From assembly GCA_965263145.1 (NCBI GenBank), contig OZ253585.1:261668-325667 (forward strand): a stretch of DNA of 64,000 bases, given 5' to 3'. Both the position numbers and the translations under genes were made by a program. Source of the DNA: Botrimarina sp. (GTDB lineage: Bacteria; Planctomycetota; Planctomycetia; Pirellulales; Lacipirellulaceae). Shown here piece by piece: positions 10,542 through 18,935 of the stretch. Each line of letters begins with the position of its first letter. Position 1 is the first letter of the stretch. The notes below the pieces were generated by a model. That model was not told the DNA's origin. It worked only from the letters and a program-made list of their open reading frames with translations, and ran no database searches.

Positions 10542-11414
10542 TTGCAATTCTTTATTGAACTTGCAACGGTTTCTTGCACACTTTTTACGGGGAGGGGAAA
10601 GAGTCGCTTAGAAGATATGCAATCACCAAGACCAGCACCTACCAAAGCGCGGGAGTGTAGTAGGGGAGAGAGGCTCGCCAAAATACGTCAATTACAGCAA
10701 CAAGAAATAGAGAAACAGCTCATTGCTAAAACACTAAAGAAATCGGTGTCATTCCATGATAGCAAACCAATCGGCTACCAAAGGCCTTCTTACAATACTC
10801 CCACTTACTGGAGAGACAGTGCGCGTGGCTGGATAACAGAGACAGAACAGCAACAAGATCATGCTGAGTTTGAAGTAAGGCGGAAGAGGGGGCTTCGGTC
10901 CGTTGGAACCAAAGCTAAGCCAGCTTTGCGTCATAGTCGGCCTCCGCCTGGAAAGACGAAACAATTCGCCAAACCAATGTCAACCGAAGCGGCACGCGAC
11001 GATCGGCTTACGCCTCAATCAAAAGCTCTTTTGCAAATCATCACAGCTAGAACCGGGCAGGGACGTTCGACAGATACTACCAAGACTACGCTAGGTGCGA
11101 TAATGAGTCGGCATGCTCGTTCCATCCAGCGTTATATTCAAGAGCTAATTAAGTTTGGGTATATACGAACTCAAACCATCAAGAGTCGACGAACTGGCTA
11201 CTATATCGGTCTTAGGATATGGATTATGGATAAGGTGCTTCCATTTTATAAGGAGACTTCTGAGCATTATGATCCGACTCTCTGGCATCGCTTTGCCAGA
11301 AATGACGGAATGTCAGAGGAGACAAAAGAGTCCCTTACTAATAATAAAAATATAATAAAGAGACTTCTGGGGGCGGATAAACCACCTTGGTTTGATGAGT
11401 TGGCTTACAAATAA
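10542..11414 (+). CDS. Putative replication-initiator-like protein (winged-helix C-terminus). The start may be the ATG at 10617.
   Basis: The C-terminal LLQIITARTGQGRSTDTTKTTLGAIMSRHARSIQRYIQELIKFGYIRTQTIKSRRTGYYIGLRIWI resembles RepA-type winged-helix DNA-binding domains. A GGGAGGGGAAAG RBS-like stretch precedes the 10617 ATG. Confidence 0.35.
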   Translation: MQFFIELATVSCTLFTGRGKSRLEDMQSPRPAPTKARECSRGERLAKIRQLQQQEIEKQLIAKTLKKSVSFHDSKPIGYQRPSYNTPTYWRDSARGWITETEQQQDHAEFEVRRKRGLRSVGTKAKPALRHSRPPPGKTKQFAKPMSTEAARDDRLTPQSKALLQIITARTGQGRSTDTTKTTLGAIMSRHARSIQRYIQELIKFGYIRTQTIKSRRTGYYIGLRIWIMDKVLPFYKETSEHYDPTLWHRFARNDGMSEETKESLTNNKNIIKRLLGADKPPWFDELAYK

Positions 11415-11643
11415 CCTTGCCAGCCTTTCTCTAAATCAAAATCTCAAGAATCTGATATCAAACTGCCAAGCAGAGAGTAGTGCTGACCTAATCAATTGGG
11501 CAATAGGAATAATAATCTCTTCGCAACGTATGATACGCTGCTTTGGCAACCAAACCTTTCCGAATGCTTTCTCAACGTTAAGCTACTGCATCCAAGCACA
11601 AAAATGGGTCGATCAAAGTCGCAAGCTTTGGTAAGATGTCCAA

Positions 11644-13215
11644 ATGACCACTAGCCCACTAAAGATAGCCGAGCCGTTATCTCTTCTAGATACCCTGGAA
11701 GAATTACAACAAGCTTATCTTGCTGAAACTACCCCGGAGATACGCAAAGCGCGCGGTCAGTTTTTTACGCCATGGCCAATAGCCAACTTCATGGCTGAAG
11801 CTTTGGACTTATCGGAGGGTCCGCTAAGAATCCTTGACCCGGGAGCAGGGGCAGGGGCTCTTTCTGTGGCTGTCTGTGAAAGGTTACTTAAAGAACCAGC
11901 AGGTCGATTAGTTCATTTTGATCTATTCGATACCGATAAAGATGTCATTGCTTATCTTGATCAGGTAATGTCTGAATGTCAGTCAGCTATGTCATTAGCG
12001 GGGCATTCAATGACTTATAAGATTTGCTCAGAAGATTTCGTCCTAACGATGGCTCCATGCCTTGGGCTCTCTCAAGAAGAGACGCCAACCTACGATGCCG
12101 TTATCGCTAATCCACCGTACTTCAAGATCAATAAGGCCAGCCCTTATTCTTCCGCTATTCCTGAGATCATTCATGGGCAACCGAACATCTATGCCATCTT
12201 CCTTGCCGTTGCAACTTCTTGCTTAAAAGAGGGTGGTTCGCTAGTTTCAATCACTCCTCGCAGCTTCTGCAACGGTCTTTATTTTCGTGCATTTCGCAAG
12301 TGGTTTCTTGATCGGATGGCATTAGATCAAATCCATCTCTTCCGCTCGCGCACCAATACGTTTCGGGAAGCTAAAGTTCTGCAAGAAAGTGTTATTACGG
12401 TTGCCACCAAACAGTCTAAGCGAAACAAATCGATAACGGTTAGCCGTAGTGATGATCGTGAATTTCAATCTCTTCAAGAACAAAACTTGTCAGCTGAGCA
12501 AGTTGTTTCCAAATCTGATCCAGATCGATTCATCTATCTACCTGAGACAAATCAAGATGCTGAAATCGTAAAATATGCCCAGCAATGGAAATTCCCCTTT
12601 GAAGAACAAGGCTTACGGATTTCCACCGGACCCGTTGTAATGTTTCGAGCTAAAGAGTTTTTGCTTGAGGATGAGACAAAAGGAGTCCCGTTGCTCTCAG
12701 CTCACAACATTCGTCAGTTTCAAACTGTCTGGCCTATCACAAAAGCAAAATGGCCCGTCGCCTTCGCCGATACCGAAGACTCTCGGAAGCACCTCTTGCC
12801 AACCCGCAACTACGTACTTCTCAAACGCTTCAGTTCAAAAGAAGAGAGGAGGCGTCTTACTGCCGGATGCCTCTTTGCAAAAGACCAGAACTATGAACGC
12901 CTAGCGATTGAAAACCACCTAAATTACATTTATCACACGGAACGAGAACTAACCGATCAGGAAACCCGTGGTGTGGCTGCTATTTTCAATTCAGTATTCT
13001 TTGATAGGTACTTTCGAACCCTGAGTGGAAACACTCAGGTCAACGCGACTGAAATCAGAACCTTACATTTCCCCTCACTTGAGCTAATTGCCCGCATTGG
13101 GGAACGGATTTGCAATGCAGATGGGCTTGATCCAGTACAGTCAGAACATATCGTTCTAGAAGAACTTGGTGTCAACGGTTCTCTGAGAAGTTATTTAGAA
13201 AGTGTTGCTACATGA
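11644..13215 (+). CDS. Type II N6-adenine DNA methyltransferase, gamma class (Eco57I/TaqI/PstI-like)
   Basis: Motif I ILDPGAGAGALSVAV (FxGxG-like), then motif IV VIANPPYFKI (NPPY), then a long C-terminal TRD. This order is typical of gamma-class MTases. The size (523 aa) fits M.PstI/M.BsuBI. Confidence 0.85.
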   Translation: MTTSPLKIAEPLSLLDTLEELQQAYLAETTPEIRKARGQFFTPWPIANFMAEALDLSEGPLRILDPGAGAGALSVAVCERLLKEPAGRLVHFDLFDTDKDVIAYLDQVMSECQSAMSLAGHSMTYKICSEDFVLTMAPCLGLSQEETPTYDAVIANPPYFKINKASPYSSAIPEIIHGQPNIYAIFLAVATSCLKEGGSLVSITPRSFCNGLYFRAFRKWFLDRMALDQIHLFRSRTNTFREAKVLQESVITVATKQSKRNKSITVSRSDDREFQSLQEQNLSAEQVVSKSDPDRFIYLPETNQDAEIVKYAQQWKFPFEEQGLRISTGPVVMFRAKEFLLEDETKGVPLLSAHNIRQFQTVWPITKAKWPVAFADTEDSRKHLLPTRNYVLLKRFSSKEERRRLTAGCLFAKDQNYERLAIENHLNYIYHTERELTDQETRGVAAIFNSVFFDRYFRTLSGNTQVNATEIRTLHFPSLELIARIGERICNADGLDPVQSEHIVLEELGVNGSLRSYLESVAT

Positions 13216-14156
13216 GCCGCCTGAAAGAAGCACAAGTTCTACTCAAAGATTTAGGGATGCCATCTGCTCAATACAATGAGCGTTCAGCATTGACTCTGCT
13301 TGCATTGGCAGGACTTGGTCCCAAGGATAACTGGGAAGATGCTGCCCAGAATCTTCTAAGAACAGTTGATATCATGGAGTTCATCGCTGAGCATTACAAG
13401 AAAAGCTATGCGCCAAATAGCCGAGAGACTTTTCGTCGGCAGACTTTACATCAGTTTGTTCAAGCACGCATTGCCGATCACAATCCAGATGATCCATCAC
13501 GCCCAACAAACAGCGGTAACAATTGTTATGGTATCAGCGATGCAGCACTGATAGTCATTAAAACAGTGGGCACCGATGATTACAGCGAATCGGTGAAGAC
13601 ATTCCTTGCTGAACAAGGATCTCTCCAAGAGGCATATCGCAAAAAAAGAGAGCTATTGGAGGTCCCTTTGATTCTGCCTGATGGCACACAAGTAAAGTTT
13701 TCTCCAGGCAAGCATAATGAGCTTCAGGTTGCAATCATTGAAAAGATGGGGCCTCAATTTGTTCCAGGGTCACAAGTTCTGTATGTCGGTGATACAGCGA
13801 AGAAGTACGTTGTTTATGAAAAGGAATCGCTTGAAGGTCTCAATATCCCTATTACCAATCATGACAAACTCCCTGATGTCGTTCTCTATCAAGAAGAAAA
13901 TGATTGGCTGATTTTTGTTGAAGCGGTTACTTCGCATGGACCAGTCAGTCCCAAGCGATACATTGAACTTGAATCAATGTGCAAAGATTGCACCTCTGGG
14001 AGAGTTTATATTTCAGCTTTCCCCGATAGAGCTGAATTCCGCAAGTACGTTGCCGACATTGCCTGGGAAACGGAGGTCTGGATAGCCGATTCTCCAGGCC
14101 ACATGGTTCACTTCAATGGGCCAAAATTTGTTGGGCCATATGGAGAGGAGAATTGA
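13212..14156 (+). CDS. Type II restriction endonuclease partner (BsuBI/PstI-like candidate)
   Basis: Starts within ATGA overlapping the MTase stop, so it is translationally coupled. The 314-aa size and M-then-R order match PstI/BsuBI systems. No motif was confirmed by eye. Confidence 0.55.
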   Translation: MSRLKEAQVLLKDLGMPSAQYNERSALTLLALAGLGPKDNWEDAAQNLLRTVDIMEFIAEHYKKSYAPNSRETFRRQTLHQFVQARIADHNPDDPSRPTNSGNNCYGISDAALIVIKTVGTDDYSESVKTFLAEQGSLQEAYRKKRELLEVPLILPDGTQVKFSPGKHNELQVAIIEKMGPQFVPGSQVLYVGDTAKKYVVYEKESLEGLNIPITNHDKLPDVVLYQEENDWLIFVEAVTSHGPVSPKRYIELESMCKDCTSGRVYISAFPDRAEFRKYVADIAWETEVWIADSPGHMVHFNGPKFVGPYGEEN

Positions 14157-14229
14157 TTGAGTTAATCACAAGTTATTCAGAGTTGCTTTAGGTTGAGGAG
14201 CAGTCACTTACAGAAATACATGGGTACTA

Positions 14230-15207
14230 TTATGTGTAATGAGGTCTTTGTATGCACTCCAATATTTTTGAATCCAAATCTGGCAGTTCTATTTCTGTAG
14301 GAACCATAAGTTTAGGTTTTGATCCGCCTCTATGTTTCTTTAACTTCTTAAAGAGCGACTTACCTTCGACATTTATTAGCGATTCAAGGATTGCACCATA
14401 TGGCGATAAGTTTAATGTCTCGCAACCCCGTCCATTATTAGTTTCTTTGTCTACTATCTCCCACAGTTTTTCCTCAGTGAGTTCAAGTGATCTGCAAAGC
14501 TCTTGAATATTTTGTGCCAAGCGTTGTACATCGTCTGGCAAATTCTCATCTTGCCACCGCTTTTTTACAGCTTCTATCATCTTATGAAGCTTGTCGGTTC
14601 GCCAATCAGACTTAGCAATTGATTGAGAAGAGGAAAGGCTGCTTGCTTCGGCAATCGTTAATTCTGCGTTCTCTAACATAGCCTTTACTTGGTATGCGAT
14701 CCTACTACCCGGCCAATCCACGCTGTCTGATTTATAGACAACGTCATGCGTTGCGATTCCCCATGCATGCTGCAGGAAGGTCTTAATCTGCATTTCAAAA
14801 AGTAGTCCGTCGCATCCACTAGGTCTTGCTTGCCCATCACGCCAACGGACATATAAACGAAGTTCATCAAAGTCAAAATTACAAGGAAGATGCGGCGTTA
14901 TGTTTTGGGATTTTGGTTTACGAGATGCAATTTCGAACTCTTTACAAATCAGAGTTTCTGCCTTGGAAATCGAAGCCTGATTTTCAACTACCAAGCAACA
15001 AGCAAAAAGATCATCTGGTCGAGTACAATCGGTAACTCGACCTGTTTCAAGTTTTTGTGCAAAACTCTCAAGTTGCTTTAAGCGGGATTCGTAGTGCCAT
15101 CTTTTCTCTTTTATGGCTGACACTTTGGTGTCGACCATATTTTTAAGGTTATTATAGGTTGGCAAGAGTCCTGCGTGAAGGTCTCGAACAGACTTGGGCA
15201 CTTTCAT
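14230..15207 (-). CDS. RelA/SpoT-domain nucleotidyltransferase (small alarmone synthetase-like)
   Basis: LFEMQIKTFLQHAWGIATHDVVYK matches the RelA/SpoT synthetase signature (compare RelQ QIRTFAMNFWATIEHSLNYK). DLFACCLVVEN matches the D-x-GiRvi strand. It overlaps the upstream DUF262 gene by ATGA. Confidence 0.65.
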   Translation of the reverse strand: MKVPKSVRDLHAGLLPTYNNLKNMVDTKVSAIKEKRWHYESRLKQLESFAQKLETGRVTDCTRPDDLFACCLVVENQASISKAETLICKEFEIASRKPKSQNITPHLPCNFDFDELRLYVRWRDGQARPSGCDGLLFEMQIKTFLQHAWGIATHDVVYKSDSVDWPGSRIAYQVKAMLENAELTIAEASSLSSSQSIAKSDWRTDKLHKMIEAVKKRWQDENLPDDVQRLAQNIQELCRSLELTEEKLWEIVDKETNNGRGCETLNLSPYGAILESLINVEGKSLFKKLKKHRGGSKPKLMVPTEIELPDLDSKILECIQRPHYT

Positions 15208-16268
15208 GGATGCGTCTCAAAGAACTCACATAATGCCTCTAAACGTTTTTCGCGAGGTTTAAAGTCCGTACTCGCTCCACCAAACGAATCTAAGTATTTT
15301 AGAACTGGATCTTCGTCATGGTTTTGCGCATCTGAGGCTTGGTTACCTTCCTTCTTGGCAAGTGTGAATCTTGAAAGAAATTCTTCGTATATTTCAGCAA
15401 ATTGTTCTGCATCTGGTGAGTCGTCCCAATGAAGAGTCACAAAAGACCAAAGAGAATAAAAATGTGCAACCGATTTTGTACAAGCATCAATAGCTCTACC
15501 ATAATCAAACAAATCGATAATGAACTCTTTACTTCGATGAAAACACTCCTTGACAGAATCGGGATCAAACTCGTCATCTCTTTCGTCGACTAAGTCATAA
15601 TCTGAATAAAGATCATCGAGTGCATCCTGATCAAATCCTTGCTGTTCACCGTGAAGAACAACAGCTAGAAGTTCAGACATGAATTGAGCGTCCTTCATTC
15701 GTTTTGATCGTGTCTTAGTAACTAGCCCAATGTTCTCCCAATCGCTATCTTCACACTCATTCTCAATAAAATTAATCAGCCAACCATCCCACCTTGCATG
15801 CCTGAGCTCTTGTCGCTCAAGTTTTCTCATGTTTCGATTCAGCCTGTCAAACGCACGACTAACCTCTTGGGCCCCATCGTCTTCAAAAGTTAGGTGTTCG
15901 ACTGGTATAACGTAATCCCAGAATGTTGTGCGCTCATCATCTCCAAGCTCTTCCCATTTCTTGCCATTTAGACGCTGATCACCATACGCGTCATCAATAG
16001 CAATTTCACCATTTACGAACATAAAAAGGGTTTGCAGGCGCTGTTTACCGTCAACTACGGCATAGGTTGCCTTTTCTCCATCTACCATTGTCTTGTGTAA
16101 AAAAATTGGTGGACATGGATAACCTCGAAAAACAGTATCAAGGAAAAAACGCCTGTCCTTACGATTCCAAACACTTCGTCTTTGGTATGGAGGATCAAGC
16201 TCAAGCTGATCATTTCTTCGAGCATCAAGAAACCAACTAATATCTGCTGTTGAGGAACGGCGTTTCAT
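15204..16268 (-). CDS. DUF262 (ParB-like nuclease/NTPase) domain protein
   Basis: PPYQRRSVW, PPIFLH and AVVDGKQRLQTL are the hallmark DUF262 motifs (the usual DGQQRL block). At 354 aa there is no DUF1524 HNH partner domain. Confidence 0.75.
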   Translation of the reverse strand: MKRRSSTADISWFLDARRNDQLELDPPYQRRSVWNRKDRRFFLDTVFRGYPCPPIFLHKTMVDGEKATYAVVDGKQRLQTLFMFVNGEIAIDDAYGDQRLNGKKWEELGDDERTTFWDYVIPVEHLTFEDDGAQEVSRAFDRLNRNMRKLERQELRHARWDGWLINFIENECEDSDWENIGLVTKTRSKRMKDAQFMSELLAVVLHGEQQGFDQDALDDLYSDYDLVDERDDEFDPDSVKECFHRSKEFIIDLFDYGRAIDACTKSVAHFYSLWSFVTLHWDDSPDAEQFAEIYEEFLSRFTLAKKEGNQASDAQNHDEDPVLKYLDSFGGASTDFKPREKRLEALCEFFETHP

Positions 16269-16742
16269 GGCAATCTAATGAAGATAATGGATGTTGGATT
16301 AGGACATATTTGTTCTATCGTGCAATAAAATAGAACGGCTATTGTAGTATGATTCCATCAAATCTTATGGCAATAGGAGATAGGTAGAGCGTATCTCAAA
16401 ACACCGAATATTATCTCGTTCGTAGACAGGCCTGAAAGGAGACCGAAAGATTAGGAATCGATCCCGGGGCTTTAGACTACGAACCTTCATCGTCACAAAA
16501 TTGGGTGTTTTGTACTTATTGCAATCCAACACTGTCAGCTTAAAATCTCGAATGTTGTCCAAGGCGAAGGCTACCAGCTTAGGTTCACTCGGCTTGTCAA
16601 TCAGTGAACTTTATACAATAGCTGAAGTCGCTGCTACATAAAAAAACCCTGCCTGACTTGCGACCTACTGACATAAGAACTCTGCGGCAGGCTTAAAGCC
16701 TACTGGCCTACAGCGTGTCAAATTGTTCGACGAATTACTAAC

Positions 16743-17471
16743 TTGGTTGAACAGATGCGCACCAAAAACAATAAAATGAGCATACTAGAAAAGCTTGGAC
16801 TACCCGAATCTGCTGGTATTCTCTTTATTGCATTATCAATTGGACTTGCGTTGTCACCGTATGCATCTGGAGTAGAAGTTGGTGGTGTAAAGTTACCCTC
16901 AGTTACAGGGACTGTCGCAGTTCTTCTCGCGATCGCAGGACCATTGCTTGTCGCAGGATCGATCGCTTTGTTTTTTCCGTGGTTGACATTTCGCGCCCTA
17001 CCTGCACCGATTCAGCAGTCGAAACTACGATCAGGCATCACACACGGCTGGCAGCTAGGTCGCCTCGAGTTTATTGGTGGCAGCAACTTACAAGAAGCTC
17101 GATCAGTCGAAAAGGAAAGCAGAGAAGCCATTACCCTCTTATTGGCTGAAGACGGATTCAAGGATTCACTTACAGAACTCGATTGCAAGGGTATGATAAA
17201 TAAAATTTTGACTAGATACTCAGCAACTGATATCCAAAAGCACGCCGCAGTACTTAATGGGATAGGCGCTATGCGAGCTTCCCTGATCGGCGCATCAAGC
17301 GACCAGATTCACAACCAAGAGATGGAGACGCTATCTAGATCAACCTTTTTGGAGATTAATGAGGCAACTTTACCCGCTAAAGAACTGCTTGTTGAAGAAA
17401 TTGTCATGAAGAAACCGTCAAAGATTGTTGAATTAGTTGAGATAGTAAATTCTCACTGGTATTCTCTCTAG
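16743..17471 (+). CDS. Hypothetical membrane protein (likely start at the ATG at 16776, MSILEKLG)
   Basis: Two or three hydrophobic helices near the N-terminus (AGILFIALSIGLALSPY, VAVLLAIAGPLLVAGSIALFF). Divergent from the DUF262 operon. Confidence 0.4.
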   Translation: MVEQMRTKNNKMSILEKLGLPESAGILFIALSIGLALSPYASGVEVGGVKLPSVTGTVAVLLAIAGPLLVAGSIALFFPWLTFRALPAPIQQSKLRSGITHGWQLGRLEFIGGSNLQEARSVEKESREAITLLLAEDGFKDSLTELDCKGMINKILTRYSATDIQKHAAVLNGIGAMRASLIGASSDQIHNQEMETLSRSTFLEINEATLPAKELLVEEIVMKKPSKIVELVEIVNSHWYSL

Positions 17472-18037
17472 TAGGGCGAAGACCAGACTCCGAAGTTTGA
17501 ACAATACCAGAAAGTTTGCCACCCTGTAACTTGCGTAGGTGTCCAAAACTCTCGCAAGAACTTAACTAAAGATTTCCCAAGATTGTGAATAGTGAGTTAT
17601 CTCTAGCTTCCTGAAGGCGATGCTCGGCAGGTATTTCATGAGATTCACTCAGAAGCTATTACTAATTGCCTTTATTTATCTTCAAGTTGCTACTGCTGGT
17701 ACCAGTACACTTATATTTCAGGGTTTTGAAGAAGGAGAAGTTCGTAAGTTACACAAATGACCCAATTCAGTTCAATGAATTAGGTGGACCCAAGTTGGGG
17801 TGAAGGTCAAGGAAAGGTTGCTAAAACTTAAAAGATGGTTTCACTATTTGAGGGGGCATATCTTAAGCAAGGGTTACTGAAGCATATTACTAGTTCTCCC
17901 TATCAAATCGCTCGCATTTACAGAACCATGGAGAATACAACATCCAAAAAGCAATGGTATTTGGAGCGTTGCTGTTGAGGCTTTTTGCATTCACATGTTT
18001 GAAAAATCGAACTGTGACTAACTGAATTGGAAATATT

Positions 18038-18925
18038 ATGCCACAAAACAATCTACTTCTTATAGACGGACTTCATAATCATCAAATTTGGCCAAGTACT
18101 TCTGAGTGTTTTCGCCGTTTTCTAATAGAAGATGAATTGTTTAATGTTAAGTGCATTCGAGCCCAAATTGCTGCTAAAGAATTTACGGCAGATTTCTCTC
18201 AGTACGACGCAGTCATTTTTAATTACAACGCAAACCCTGGATCTGAAGTAGGAGATATCTGGCCGAATCACACAAGGCTAGCATTTGAGGAATATATGCG
18301 AGATGGTGGTGGCATGGTCGTTATCCATGCCGCGAATAACTCCTTTGCGCATTGGCCTGCATTCAATCAGATGACAGGGATAGGTGGTTGGGGGGGGCGT
18401 GATCGCAATTGGGGACCATATGTTTACTATGATCAGCAGAACAACTTGCGAATAGATCATTCTGATCTTGATAATCGTGCTGGCACTGATGGCCCACCTC
18501 ATGAATATATCGTTGATATACGTGACCCTAATCACCCAATTACTCAAGGACTGCCACAAAGATGGAAACACTGCATGGATGAAATATACGAGCGTCTTAG
18601 AGGCCCAGCAAATAATTTAAATGTATTGGCTACCGCATTCTCTGAAAACCGCGATTGGTATCAAGATGCGACCTATCGCCACGAGCCATTAGTGATGAAT
18701 CTTAGCTATGGACACGGACGAATCTTCCACTTGGCCATGGGGCACTGGACCTACTCAATTCAGTGTGAAGGGTTCATTACACTGTTAAAAAGAGGAACTG
18801 AATGGGCAGCAACGAATATGGTAACGCAAGCAGTGCCCTCCAATTTTCCTACAGAAACTGATGTGAGCTATCGAAAACTAGCATGGCCAGACCTTTCGAT
18901 CTCAGAGTGGACTCCATACCAATAA
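18038..18925 (+). CDS. ThuA-like (trehalose utilisation; class I glutamine-amidotransferase-like) protein
   Basis: YDAVIFNYNAN...MRDGGGMVVIHAANNSFAHWPAF matches the ThuA GGGxVxxH block. Confidence 0.6.
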   Translation: MPQNNLLLIDGLHNHQIWPSTSECFRRFLIEDELFNVKCIRAQIAAKEFTADFSQYDAVIFNYNANPGSEVGDIWPNHTRLAFEEYMRDGGGMVVIHAANNSFAHWPAFNQMTGIGGWGGRDRNWGPYVYYDQQNNLRIDHSDLDNRAGTDGPPHEYIVDIRDPNHPITQGLPQRWKHCMDEIYERLRGPANNLNVLATAFSENRDWYQDATYRHEPLVMNLSYGHGRIFHLAMGHWTYSIQCEGFITLLKRGTEWAATNMVTQAVPSNFPTETDVSYRKLAWPDLSISEWTPYQ

Positions 18926-18935
18926 TATTGAGAAA

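Noticed and set aside
10279-10542. 87-aa minus-strand ORF upstream of the Rep-like gene
   Set aside because: It contains the hairpin-plus-T-tract terminator-like structure, sits in the palindrome-rich regulatory region, and has no RBS or motifs. More likely non-coding.
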